From Gemmatimonadales bacterium (GTDB lineage: Bacteria; Gemmatimonadota; Gemmatimonadetes; Gemmatimonadales; GWC2-71-9), in assembly GCA_039794085.1 (NCBI GenBank), contig JBDIWC010000055.1:1-22493 (forward strand): a DNA stretch of 22,493 bases. Direction: 5' to 3'. The notes beneath the pieces are model-generated. The model made no database searches. It saw only the letters and a program-made list of their open reading frames with translations, and was not told the DNA's origin. Of the stretch, positions 8,313 to 17,512 are shown piece by piece. Within the stretch, counting starts at the first letter, position 1, and every line of letters begins with the position of its first letter. The translations under genes were made by a program, and so were the position numbers.

Positions 8313-9557
8313 ATGAGGCAACTGCCAGGCAGGACATGTTTGACCTTGGTGCTCATGAGCCTCGGTGCGATCGGGTGTGGCGGGGTGTCCGGCGAGCGGT
8401 CCGGAGGTGGGCCGCTGGACAGTCTGACGGTCGTGGGCCTGGACCGGATCATGGGGGAGGGCTTCGAGGGGTTCGCTGACATTCGGGCGGTGGTGCCGTT
8501 GTCCGGCGGCCGTATCGCCGTGGCGGACGGCGATGATCGGGTCATCCGGATCCTCCAGAGCGACGGCACCTTGCTCCAGTCTCTGGGGCGGAAGGGCCCG
8601 GGCCCGGGGGAGTTCGAGCAACTCTCGAACATCTGGAGTTCCCCGGGGGACACCCTTGTGGCGCACGATTCGCGGCTCTTCCGCATCCAGGTGGGGCACC
8701 CCACCACGGGGTTCACCGACACCTGGAGCAGCAGTGGGGTCGCGGACTCGGCTCCGTACTCCTCGCCGGTCGGAGTCATGCGGGGCACCACGGTCGTGCT
8801 CCAATCGTCCCTTCCGCTTCGCCCAGCCGACCCACCGGTCGTCGAGCGTCCACCGCAACGGCTGATTCTCTCTCGAGCCGGGAGCACCATTGCGGTGATG
8901 ACCGGGTTCGGTGGCCCCGAGGTCTATCGGGGGAGAGGATCGTCTGGAGGACAGCTCGCTTTTTTCAGGGCAACGCTCTATGGGGTGACGGAGGAGGAGA
9001 TCTACGCCCTCGACACCGTGGGTGATACCGTAGCCGTCTACGGGATGGATGGTGGGCTCAGGCGGAAGATCTCCCTTCACCTCCCGGCTCGCCTGGTCAC
9101 TGAGGAGGACATACGCGCCGATCGCGAACGGAGACGGAAGTTCGCGCAACAATTCGTCGGATCCGGGTTGCCCCAGTGGTTCATTCAGGGGCGCCTGGAC
9201 GGGGTGGATCTGATCCCGAGTGCGGATTCGATGCCAACGGCCTCCGCCCTCCATGCGGACGAAGCGGGGCGCCTCTGGATCAAGCGCTTCCGTCCCCAGA
9301 CGGAGGAGGAAGCGGAGGGCCAGCTCTGGATCATCTTCGAGGGGGACGGGACTCCGATCGGGCAATTCCAGCTCCCGGGGACCCTCTCGGTGTCCAAACC
9401 TTCCCGAGGAGTCATCTGGACCTGGGGCCAGGATTCGACCGGTGTCCCGTTCGTGCAGCCCTGGCGGGTCGAGGAGATCGCGCGATCAGCCGGTCGAGGG
9501 GTCCAGGATAGTGCCGCGCTGGGCCACGTCGAAGGCGTGAATATTCAGTTCAACTGA
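8313..9557 (+). CDS. Exported 6-bladed beta-propeller (NHL/TolB-like) protein, probable lipoprotein
   Basis: Signal peptide ending LGAIGC, then GRIAVAD..., LGRKGPGPGEF, DEAGRLWI, WIIFEGDGTPIGQFQLP and GQDSTGVPFV. GGGAG precedes ATG 8313; GTG 8307 is an alternative start. Confidence 0.75.
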   Translation: MRQLPGRTCLTLVLMSLGAIGCGGVSGERSGGGPLDSLTVVGLDRIMGEGFEGFADIRAVVPLSGGRIAVADGDDRVIRILQSDGTLLQSLGRKGPGPGEFEQLSNIWSSPGDTLVAHDSRLFRIQVGHPTTGFTDTWSSSGVADSAPYSSPVGVMRGTTVVLQSSLPLRPADPPVVERPPQRLILSRAGSTIAVMTGFGGPEVYRGRGSSGGQLAFFRATLYGVTEEEIYALDTVGDTVAVYGMDGGLRRKISLHLPARLVTEEDIRADRERRRKFAQQFVGSGLPQWFIQGRLDGVDLIPSADSMPTASALHADEAGRLWIKRFRPQTEEEAEGQLWIIFEGDGTPIGQFQLPGTLSVSKPSRGVIWTWGQDSTGVPFVQPWRVEEIARSAGRGVQDSAALGHVEGVNIQFN

Positions 9558-9596
9558 GGCGGAACACAGGGGATGTGACTCCGGTGGACGGCGCCC

Positions 9597-11123
9597 TCAG
9601 CCGAGGGTCACGCGAAGAACCTCCTCCGGAGTTGTGACTCCAGCCAGGAGTTGCCGAACTCCATCCTCGCGCAACGTCCTGAGTCCTTGCGATATCGCAA
9701 GCGGCCTCAGCGGCGCGCCACCTCCAGCATGGAGGACACTGCGCAATTCATCATTCAGGACCAACAGCTCATAGATCCCGGTACGGCCCAAGAACCCCGT
9801 CCCCCGGCAGATCTCGCACCCGGTACCAACCCGGATGGAAGGCAGCTGCTCAGCGGTGAGCCCGAGCATTCGTCGCGCATCGTCGGGTGGGGTTTCCCGC
9901 CTTCCACAGCCGTCGCACACCTTTCGCACAAGGCGCTGTGCCAGAACTGCCTCCACAGTACCCGCCGCGAGGTAGGGGGCGACGCCGAGATCGAGTAGCC
10001 GAGTGAGCGCGCTGGTGGAATCGTTGGTGTGGAGGGTGGAAAGCACAAGGTGCCCCGTGAGGGCCGCGTGCGTCGCAATGTCAGCCGTTTCTTCGTCCCG
10101 TATCTCGCCGACCAGCATGACGTCAGGATCCTGTCGGAGGAGGGCCCTGAGCGCAGTACCGAACGTCACCCCCACCTTCTCGTTCACCGGTACCTGCGGA
10201 ACCCCCGGCAACTCGTATTCCACGGGATCCTCCACTGTCAGGATCTTCTCCCGCCCGGTGCGGAGTCGGTCCACCGCGGCATAGAGGGTGGTCGTCTTTC
10301 CGGAACCGGTCGGACCCGTGGCGAGAACGATGCCGTGAGGGCGCGTGATGGCTCGGGTGAAGGCCTCAAGGGTATCCTCCCCCATCCCGAGGTCACTCAG
10401 GACACTCCACCCCGTATCCTTGTCGAGCAGGCGGAGCACAATGCTCTCGCCGTGCAGCGTCGGGAGGGTGGACACCCGAACGTCCACCTGGCGGTCGCGG
10501 AGTCGAAGTCGTATGCGGCCGTCCTGCGGCACCCGCCGCTCCGCGATGTCGAGGTCTGCCATGATCTTGATCCTGCTCACGACCGCCGCGGTCAACTGGG
10601 CGGGAGGGGATGGCGCCTCCTGCAGCACGCCATCGATGCGGTACCGAACCCGGAGCCCCGCGAGGTACGTCTCGAGATGCACGTCCGAGGCCCGCGCATC
10701 GAGTGCCTCCAGCAGTATCAGATTGACCAGCTTTACGACCGGAGCCTCATTGGCCTGGCTCACCAGGTCGTCGAGCGCCTCGTCGTCGCGGACCGAGTGA
10801 ACCGCCTCCACCGGAATCCCGGCGATCAGCTTGGCCGCAGTGTCCGCCTCCGGACCATAGATCCGCCCGATGGCCCCCCGGATGTCCTGCTCCCCAGCTC
10901 GCTCAAGGACCACCTCCCGGTCGAAATGGAGACGGAGGTCGTCCAGAGCCTGGTCGTCGGGGTGGTCCCGCCATGTCGCAACGAACACCTGGGCATCGGT
11001 GAGCCGAAGGGGCAGAAGCGCGTGGTGCTCCAGGTATGCTACCGAGAAATCCTCCGTGAGACGAATGACGCTCCCGAGGTCGATGGGCGTGTCCAGCCGC
11101 ACGGGGGGAGGAAGGGTGGTCAT
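9597..11123 (-). CDS. gspE: Type II secretion ATPase GspE (with N-terminal N1 domain)
   Basis: ASDVHLE, MADLDIAERRVPQDGRI, Walker A GPTGSGKTT, TVEDPVEY, LRQDPDVMLVGEIRD, GHLVLSTLH, Zn motif CDGC...CEIC. Confidence 0.96.
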   Translation of the reverse strand: MTTLPPPVRLDTPIDLGSVIRLTEDFSVAYLEHHALLPLRLTDAQVFVATWRDHPDDQALDDLRLHFDREVVLERAGEQDIRGAIGRIYGPEADTAAKLIAGIPVEAVHSVRDDEALDDLVSQANEAPVVKLVNLILLEALDARASDVHLETYLAGLRVRYRIDGVLQEAPSPPAQLTAAVVSRIKIMADLDIAERRVPQDGRIRLRLRDRQVDVRVSTLPTLHGESIVLRLLDKDTGWSVLSDLGMGEDTLEAFTRAITRPHGIVLATGPTGSGKTTTLYAAVDRLRTGREKILTVEDPVEYELPGVPQVPVNEKVGVTFGTALRALLRQDPDVMLVGEIRDEETADIATHAALTGHLVLSTLHTNDSTSALTRLLDLGVAPYLAAGTVEAVLAQRLVRKVCDGCGRRETPPDDARRMLGLTAEQLPSIRVGTGCEICRGTGFLGRTGIYELLVLNDELRSVLHAGGGAPLRPLAISQGLRTLREDGVRQLLAGVTTPEEVLRVTLG

Positions 11124-12646
11124 CAGGGCCGCGGATGTATGGGAAGCCTGAGCGTGGAGTCGGCGGGGATGACCTTCCGGAGCAACTCAGTACCTTCGCG
11201 GAGGCCTTCCCGGATCTCCTCCATTCCCGCATCGTCCGAGACGATATGCGGAGTGAGAAAGAGAAACAGCTCGCTCTGGATCGTCGTGCGTTTCGTCGAA
11301 CCGAAGAGTGCGCCAATCACCGGGATATCCATGAGGAGTGGTATACCGCTCCGGGTTCGTTCATCGAGCTGGTCCATGAGTCCCCCGATCACAGCCGTTC
11401 GTCCGTCCCTGATGAAGAGGTGGGTTGCGGCTTCCCGGGTACTGATGATCGGGGCGTCGAATTGCGACTCGGCCGTGGCGTTGCTGACCTCCTGCAACAC
11501 CTCCAGGTTCACATAGCCGTCCTCGTTGATGGTCGGGAGGATGGTGAGTTTGGTGCCCACGTCCCTGAACTGGATGACCTGGTCGCGGATGGCGGCGTCC
11601 GTGGGGAGCGAACGCGACACCTGGACGAAGGGCCGCTCGGATCCAACGAGGATCCGTGCCTCCTGGTTGTTCTGGGCCAGAATGACCGGCCGGGAGATGA
11701 TTCGGACTTCCCCACGCGACGCGAGAGCCGCGATGGCGACGTCCAGATCCACGGCACCACCGGTCAGCACCTCCAGCACGGCATCTCCCAGCGATTCTCC
11801 CCGGAGCGTTACACTTACGCGCGGGTTGACCGACCTGTCAGCCACACTGCCGGACACAGACAGACCCTTCTCTCTCGAGAACCGCACCTCGGCAATCACC
11901 ACTTCGATCAGCACTTGGAGCGGTCGGAGGTCAAGGGCCTCCACCGCCTGCCGAATGACTTCCCAATCGGCCGGTTGCGCACGGATCAGGAGAGAGTTCG
12001 TCGTCTCGTCCGGGACGATCTGCACGTCGCCGACCAGCTGTCCCGGAAGGCCCCCACCGACCCGGTCTGGTTGAGCGCCGGCCTGCGGTTGCACCGGTTC
12101 GAGGGGTGGTGGCTGACGAAGCCCCCGGGAGAGCGGAACCTCCCGGAGGCCACTTACGCTGGGAGCTTGCGCCGCGCGATTTCCCCCGAAAACCGATTGC
12201 AATGTTCCGCTCAACCGCAGGGCCCGGGCGTGTTTCAGCCGGTATACGTAGAGTCTGGATTCGATTTCCGCAGCCTGATCACCCGCCGGTCCCCCCCCCA
12301 GCGCGACGGACGCGTTGGCACCCGCGACGCGAAGGAATGCACCTTCATCGCTGATGGTGAGCCCGTTGGATCGGACAAACGTTTCGAGCAGCGCCGCGAT
12401 CCTGTCCCGAGGTATCGGTTGCTGCATGCGGAGCGTCACCCGTTGCGCCGGCAGATCAGTGTAGACCACGTTGAGCCCTCCCGCTTCGGCCAAGGCGGAG
12501 ATGACCAGCCGGATATCGGCGTCTTGAAAATCGATCAGAACGCCCCCCTCAACCGGTCGGACGAGGATCGAGTCCTGCGCCGTGGCACGCGCGGGAAGCA
12601 GGAGAACCGCACAGGAGAGGGCAAGGCGAAGAGGCGAGCAACTCAT
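11123..12646 (-). CDS. gspD: Type II secretion secretin GspD, short form (507 aa)
   Basis: From ATG 12646: signal peptide (ATA-QD), N0 (IDFQDADIRLVI), one N domain (YRLKHARA...PDETTNSLLI), and secretin core (QVLIEVVIAEV, DVGTKLTILPTIN, GIPLLMDIPVIGALF, ELFLFLTPHIV). Confidence 0.94.
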   Translation of the reverse strand: MSCSPLRLALSCAVLLLPARATAQDSILVRPVEGGVLIDFQDADIRLVISALAEAGGLNVVYTDLPAQRVTLRMQQPIPRDRIAALLETFVRSNGLTISDEGAFLRVAGANASVALGGGPAGDQAAEIESRLYVYRLKHARALRLSGTLQSVFGGNRAAQAPSVSGLREVPLSRGLRQPPPLEPVQPQAGAQPDRVGGGLPGQLVGDVQIVPDETTNSLLIRAQPADWEVIRQAVEALDLRPLQVLIEVVIAEVRFSREKGLSVSGSVADRSVNPRVSVTLRGESLGDAVLEVLTGGAVDLDVAIAALASRGEVRIISRPVILAQNNQEARILVGSERPFVQVSRSLPTDAAIRDQVIQFRDVGTKLTILPTINEDGYVNLEVLQEVSNATAESQFDAPIISTREAATHLFIRDGRTAVIGGLMDQLDERTRSGIPLLMDIPVIGALFGSTKRTTIQSELFLFLTPHIVSDDAGMEEIREGLREGTELLRKVIPADSTLRLPIHPRP

Positions 12647-12647
12647 G

Positions 12648-13154
12648 TCATGGCCCTGACTTCGGCACCGTGATCTCGACCCTCGTGCCGGTGGAAGTGA
12701 GGAAGCTGGCCTTACCCTTGGCAACAGACGACAGTTCGTATTGCCCGAGGCGTTCGCCCAGACGCAACAGCCGCGGGCTCTGGCCTCCCAGCTGGCAGAT
12801 CGCGAACCCACTGCCATCGGCAAAGACGGCGGTACCGATGAGGTGTAGTAAGTCCTGCGGGGCCCCAGGCTCCGTTTCGTTCGCCACGGGTTCGCCGGGG
12901 AGACGGAACGGGTGAGCCGGCCGCCGTCGCTCCGGATGGAAAGGATCCTGCTCGACGGCGAGTGCAAGGTCCGCAGTCGTGGATGACGCTCTTGGAGACG
13001 GCTCTGGCGTGGAACTCGCGAGCAGCGTCCACTCCGAGGTCGATGGCGGTTCGAGCCGTACCGCGTCAACCGTCGTCCAGACGAGGACCGTACTCGCGGT
13101 GACAACGAGTCCCAGCCCCACGCGGGGGCCAGCCGTCCACCGTTGACGGCTCAC
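12648..13154 (-). CDS. GspC/PilP-like assembly protein without PDZ domain
   Basis: TM helix, Pro-rich linker with DPFHPER, then an HR-like domain (LHLIGTAV...FAI...LRLGERLGQYELSSV). Sits between gspM and gspD. Confidence 0.7.
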   Translation of the reverse strand: MSRQRWTAGPRVGLGLVVTASTVLVWTTVDAVRLEPPSTSEWTLLASSTPEPSPRASSTTADLALAVEQDPFHPERRRPAHPFRLPGEPVANETEPGAPQDLLHLIGTAVFADGSGFAICQLGGQSPRLLRLGERLGQYELSSVAKGKASFLTSTGTRVEITVPKSGP

Positions 13155-13816
13155 AGGCCCGACTCCGACCCCGTGGTCGCGCCCGGGACAGACGTGAGCG
13201 CAAATCCAACTATCGTCGCGGCGAACCCGAGCACTTCTTCATCCCGGCTCGGCCCAGAGTTGATGAGCGCGGCGGGGGTGATCGTGATGCGTTCGACCAC
13301 GGCCAGCTTTCCAGCGCCCTCGAGCCCATGCAGGAGGGCAAGGATTCCCTCGAGGTCCCCGACGCCCCGCACCTCGACTTCGAGCCTTGTCACCCCACTC
13401 TCGAGCGTCACCGCGGGCCGGGCTTCGTTCCCCTGCAGAAAGACGCGCGCGTCCGCGGCGAGGGCAGCCACGTAGCCCGCGAGAAGAGCCGACTGCATCA
13501 ACGGATCATCGCCGTCGCCCCCACCGAAAAGACGGGGCGCCTCGGCCAGGAGTATCCTCTCCCCCAGTGCCAGCAAGGTGTCGTGACGGCGGGCCGACGC
13601 CAGCAGCCCATGTTCCCTCGCGAGAAGGGCTCGTGCTGCCTCCAGGCGGTTCCGCGCGTCCTCGACGGACCGAGCGTACGGTCGGATCCCGAACACGAAG
13701 AGCAGAGAAGGAACCAGCACCCAGGCCCCAAGAGTCACAGCCTTCCGGTCCCGCGCACCGAGTGAGTTCCACGCCCGCCTGAACCGTTCCACCACCTTGC
13801 GAGTCACACCTGTCAT
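13151..13816 (-). CDS. gspM: GspM/PilO-like inner membrane platform protein
   Basis: WNSLGARDRK followed by a TM helix, coiled coil, and a ferredoxin-like C-domain (LEVEVRGVGDLEGILALLHGLE...VERITI). Follows gspL with ATGA overlap. Confidence 0.75.
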   Translation of the reverse strand: MTGVTRKVVERFRRAWNSLGARDRKAVTLGAWVLVPSLLFVFGIRPYARSVEDARNRLEAARALLAREHGLLASARRHDTLLALGERILLAEAPRLFGGGDGDDPLMQSALLAGYVAALAADARVFLQGNEARPAVTLESGVTRLEVEVRGVGDLEGILALLHGLEGAGKLAVVERITITPAALINSGPSRDEEVLGFAATIVGFALTSVPGATTGSESGL

Positions 13817-15129
13817 GGCACACCTCCCCGACTGATCCGTGCGCCGAGCGTAAACCGCTCAACCGGAGCACCGCCCTCGCCCTCTCGTCGCACCTGTTGG
13901 ATCGGCGCGCTCGCCCGGACCGACCGAAAGGCCGGTGTCTGCTGCAGGGCCTCAAACACCCCCACCGATCGAGTGGCGTCTCCCTCCAGGACAAGACTGT
14001 CACCCACGGCGCGGAGCGACCGGATGTGTGCATCCCGCGGGAGGCGGACCGCCAGTTCGGCGATTACGGTGGACCAGCGCGGGGAAGATCCCTCCAGGTC
14101 GCCGAGCGCCGCGAGCCGCGCCTGGAGGCCATCGAGCAGCTCGCGCTCCTCGATCGCGACCTGTACCTCGGCTCGGATGCTCTCACGCTCCGCCTCCACG
14201 GCGGCGATCTCGCGGTGAAGGCCCCACAGGTGCAGTGCCGCAGCGAAAAGCACCAATGCGGCGGCGACTCCCACAAGCCGTCGCGTAAGGCGCCTCGCGG
14301 CCGAGAGACGTGCCTCGTAGACGCGAGGCGGAAGAACCTCGAGTGCGCTCCCGTGTGGTGCCCCCAGTGCGCCGAGTATGGCGGGGGTTACCGACCATTC
14401 TGGCGGGGCGAGCACAGCGATCCCGGAGGCCCGAAGCTCGGCATGGAGCATGCTGGCCTCTTCTGCGCCTCCGACAACGGCCACCGGGTCCGTGGAGGAG
14501 ATCATCGTGGAATCCCACCCATCGAGCCGCACCCGACGCAGTTGCGTCACTCTTCCTTTCGTGAGTGCGTGGACGTGGACTACAGAACTCTCGATCACGA
14601 TCAGCCCGGCGTCCCCCTTCCGAAGCTCAGGCCAGACCCGGACGGCGCCGGCAGGCCAGGAAACAGAGGCGGCGGTGATGGTGGCCACCACCCATCCGGC
14701 ATTCTCGGCCGCGCCCAGAAGAGCTTCTACCGTGTGGGCAGAAGCCGTCGTGGCGAGGACGGGAAAGGGCCCCTTCCCACCATGTCGCAGAGCAACCGCC
14801 CCCGTAGTCTGGGGTTCGGTGATACTGGGGAAATACCGGTCTACGGAACGCCCCAGCACTGCTCGGAGCTCGGCCGAAGTGAGGCGTGGAAACTCAAGGA
14901 TCCTTGACTGGGCAAGGGGCGGGAGTAGAGACAGGTGGAGAGGACGACCGGATCCCAACGCAGTTCGCATTTCGGCCAAGGCTGCCTGGAGTTCTTCCCC
15001 TTCCAGGCCAGCGTCGAAGTCGCGAGACCACACTTCCCATCTGGGGGGAGCGCCGCGGGCTGTGCGGAAACACATCGCCGCCACGACGCGGTCCGGTGCA
15101 AGTGCCAGACCCACGGGACCGCCTCTCAC
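13813..15129 (-). CDS. gspL: GspL-like protein (cytoplasmic actin-like domain, TM, PilN-like periplasmic domain)
   Basis: Likely GTG start at 15129 overlapping the gspK stop. TM VGVAAALVLFAAALHLW. PilN-type WSTVIAELAVRLPRDAHIRSL...LVLEG...LQQTPAFRSV. Confidence 0.78.
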   Translation of the reverse strand: MRGGPVGLALAPDRVVAAMCFRTARGAPPRWEVWSRDFDAGLEGEELQAALAEMRTALGSGRPLHLSLLPPLAQSRILEFPRLTSAELRAVLGRSVDRYFPSITEPQTTGAVALRHGGKGPFPVLATTASAHTVEALLGAAENAGWVVATITAASVSWPAGAVRVWPELRKGDAGLIVIESSVVHVHALTKGRVTQLRRVRLDGWDSTMISSTDPVAVVGGAEEASMLHAELRASGIAVLAPPEWSVTPAILGALGAPHGSALEVLPPRVYEARLSAARRLTRRLVGVAAALVLFAAALHLWGLHREIAAVEAERESIRAEVQVAIEERELLDGLQARLAALGDLEGSSPRWSTVIAELAVRLPRDAHIRSLRAVGDSLVLEGDATRSVGVFEALQQTPAFRSVRASAPIQQVRREGEGGAPVERFTLGARISRGGVP

Positions 15130-16076
15130 TCCGCCCCCTTCCAGATGCGGAACACTGCGTTCCCTCCTCTCACGAACAGTGCCCGCACCTGGGCCTGGGT
15201 CGGGGTACCGACCATCCACCCGTGGGCAAGCGCCTCCACCTCACGGGATTCAAAGACAACCCTCGCCGCGAGGGACACCTGACGCTCTTGGAGCTCGGCC
15301 CGGGATCCGGCCGAAAGCTCGAGCGTAAGCTCATCGAGGGACCGAAGCGGCCGCCGTGCCCGCTGGTGCTCGATGATGGTTGCCACCGCCTCCGGCGAGA
15401 GGCCTGAAAGGGCGGAGAGCACCGGTTCGGGGGCCGTGTTGAGGTTTACCTGCCCGGTTCCCCGCACGGTGAGGAGAGGCTCCACTCGACGATACAGTTG
15501 GGAGGTCATGCCGCGCACGTAGCGCAATTCGGTCACGTCGACGAAGGCACGATTGGTCGGGAGCACTGGTCCCCCCTCCCTGAGGTAATCTCCCCGTTCC
15601 GCACCACGGGCGCGGCGTAGATCATCACCATCCCGCCAGTCCGCAATTGCCTGTGCGAGGCGGTCCGCGGTGCCGTAGTCAACCCGCAACGCCCGGAAAA
15701 ACCGCCGTAGCTCCTCCTCGTCCACATGGTTCAGGTTGAGGCGCGAGCCCAAGTCCCGGACCGTGAGACGGTACTGAACGCCGTCTATTTCCCCCGTGTC
15801 GCGCACCGACGGTGCCACATCCCGCCAGGGATCAAGAACATCCTCGGGCCGGGCGCCAAGCCGGCGGACACGATCGACGCGCTCCACCAGACGAGCGTGC
15901 AACTCCGCGATCGCGCCGTCCGCCACGGCCCTCACCTTGGCCAACTCCACCGCGTTTGCCGCGGCGAGACGGCGGTCCCGTGCCCGGAGTGAGAACTCGA
16001 GGCTCACCGCGGAGAGCAGAACCAGGAGCCAGAGTGCGGACACGAGCGCGAAGCCCCCCTCCCCCTCTCGATTCAT
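15126..16076 (-). CDS. gspK: Minor pseudopilin GspK
   Basis: From ATG 16076: G|FALVSALWLL (no Glu5, typical of GspK), SRLNLN, AIADWRDGD, ELRYVRGMT, VNLNTAPEPVLSAL. Confidence 0.93.
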   Translation of the reverse strand: MNREGEGGFALVSALWLLVLLSAVSLEFSLRARDRRLAAANAVELAKVRAVADGAIAELHARLVERVDRVRRLGARPEDVLDPWRDVAPSVRDTGEIDGVQYRLTVRDLGSRLNLNHVDEEELRRFFRALRVDYGTADRLAQAIADWRDGDDLRRARGAERGDYLREGGPVLPTNRAFVDVTELRYVRGMTSQLYRRVEPLLTVRGTGQVNLNTAPEPVLSALSGLSPEAVATIIEHQRARRPLRSLDELTLELSAGSRAELQERQVSLAARVVFESREVEALAHGWMVGTPTQAQVRALFVRGGNAVFRIWKGAE

Positions 16077-16684
16077 TGGAGCACCCCCAGCGGTACCCGT
16101 ATGGGAAGGGCCAGGAGCGGGGCCACAGGCAGGCTGTCCACACCCGACAGTCGCACCTCGATCCCCTGGGGAAGCAGGGTACTCGAGACCCAACTGGGCA
16201 ACGTCTCATGACCCGCGACGATGCGGGTGGAGTAAATGATGTCAAGTTCCGTCACCGCCGAGTCGATTTCGACGACCGTACTCCTGGCACCTCTCCACTC
16301 GCGAAACTCGGCGGTGAGGCCCCGCGTCGCAGTCTCCTCGTCCCGGTCTACGAACAGGCGAACGATCGTCTCGCCTCCCGGTCCAAGGGGGGTATCGGCA
16401 TCGGTGAGGAAGGTCAGTTCATCGTCCGGCCGATCATCGAACGTCCCGTCGAGTCCGGTGAAGGAGGGTCCGCCACCCTCCGGGCGGAGCTTCGCGCCCG
16501 CCAGCCAGCCGATGAGAGTCCGTCGTGCGGTCGTGGCGCTGACCACTTCTCCGGTCACGGCGTCAACCCGAGCCGGATGATCCACAACGGAAGCGAGGGC
16601 CGCGGTGCCGGCCGCGAGCGCCATCCCCACGATCGTCAGACCAATTACCACCTCCAGCAGGGTCATGCCGCGCTCGCTTCCCAT
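16073..16684 (-). CDS. gspJ: Minor pseudopilin GspJ
   Basis: From ATG 16684: ERG|MTLLEVVIGLTIVG class III signal. C-terminal LLPQGIEVRL is typical of GspJ. Lies between gspI and gspK. Confidence 0.82.
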   Translation of the reverse strand: MGSERGMTLLEVVIGLTIVGMALAAGTAALASVVDHPARVDAVTGEVVSATTARRTLIGWLAGAKLRPEGGGPSFTGLDGTFDDRPDDELTFLTDADTPLGPGGETIVRLFVDRDEETATRGLTAEFREWRGARSTVVEIDSAVTELDIIYSTRIVAGHETLPSWVSSTLLPQGIEVRLSGVDSLPVAPLLALPIRVPLGVLQ

Positions 16685-17085
16685 CACGGTACGGCCCGAC
16701 GCGGCGCCGGCCGGTAGAGCCGGGTCCGGAGCGTGTACTTCCCCACGTCCCAGGTCACTGTTACCGCGGCATCGTACAGGTCGCGGGTTCCGAAAGAGGG
16801 ACGGACCACCATTTCCCATCGGTATTGGTCGAGCGGGGGGGCGAAGTGACCTCGCGTGACCGAGTCAGGGAGCGCGGATAGCCGCTCTGTGGATTGGAGG
16901 CGGAGCATGGCGAGGCGGTCAGAGGCCAGCGCCTCTGCTTCGAGCCCAGTGCGTGCCCGCTCCGCTGCGCGGAGTTCGCCGCTGAATGCCGCAAGTACTG
17001 AAACCGACGCGGCACCGACGATGGCCACGGCGACCACGGCCTCCAGGAGGGTGAAGCCGCCCTCAGGGCTACGGGACGCGGACAT
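16684..17085 (-). CDS. gspI: Minor pseudopilin GspI
   Basis: From ATG 17085: EGG|FTLLEAVVAVAIVG, then AEALASDRL, YRWEMVV and VTVTW. 133 aa. Confidence 0.82.
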   Translation of the reverse strand: MSASRSPEGGFTLLEAVVAVAIVGAASVSVLAAFSGELRAAERARTGLEAEALASDRLAMLRLQSTERLSALPDSVTRGHFAPPLDQYRWEMVVRPSFGTRDLYDAAVTVTWDVGKYTLRTRLYRPAPRRAVP

Positions 17086-17512
17086 GAATCTCTCCCGTCC
17101 ACGGGTCCGTACCGACGACGCGTTCTTCAGTTCCGGAGCGAAAAGAGGCAACCGCGCCCGATCCAGTTCCCCCCCCGGTCCGGTCGAATATCCAGCGCAA
17201 CCGTTCGCCGGACCCGGTTAAACTCACGTTCGCTCCCGTAATAATCCGACCATGGGTGAGGGAGTCGCCGCTCTCGATCCAGTACCCGCCGCCCTTCGGG
17301 TCCAGCACAACCCTCACTGGAATGCTGCGTGTGAGCGCTGTTGTCCGGGCGTGCCGAAGCACCGAGGCCCACTCCTCGGCCACCCCCGTCAGGGCATTGT
17401 CCGGCGACAGGCCTCGGAAGGCCGGCACGGCGACCGCCGCCATGAGCGCCATGAGTGCAATGACGACCACCACCTCCACCAACGTGAACCCTCCCCGCCG
17501 GGATTCCCTCAT
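17069..17512 (-). CDS. gspH: Minor pseudopilin GspH/FimT-like
   Basis: RRGG|FTLVEVVVVIALM, LRHARTTAL, WIFDRTGG, DPWTG. Confidence 0.85.
   Translation of the reverse strand: MRESRRGGFTLVEVVVVIALMALMAAVAVPAFRGLSPDNALTGVAEEWASVLRHARTTALTRSIPVRVVLDPKGGGYWIESGDSLTHGRIITGANVSLTGSGERLRWIFDRTGGGTGSGAVASFRSGTEERVVGTDPWTGEIHVRVP

Noticed and set aside
12647..13105. 153-aa N-terminal extension of GspD in the 660-aa ORF call
   Set aside because: It overlaps the GspC-like gene. A proper signal peptide starts at ATG 12646. Similar over-extended starts were trimmed for vapB, usp, the permease, gspL, gspK, gspJ, gspI and the immunity ORF.
2853..14907. Long alternative-frame ORFs (e.g. 2853-4463 +, 2860-4650 -, 4449-5858 -, 5875-7233 +, 10029-11516 +, 11135-12673 +, 13897-14907 +)
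   Set aside because: They are shadows of well-supported genes in GC-rich DNA, with Arg/Pro/Gly-rich composition and no recognisable motifs.
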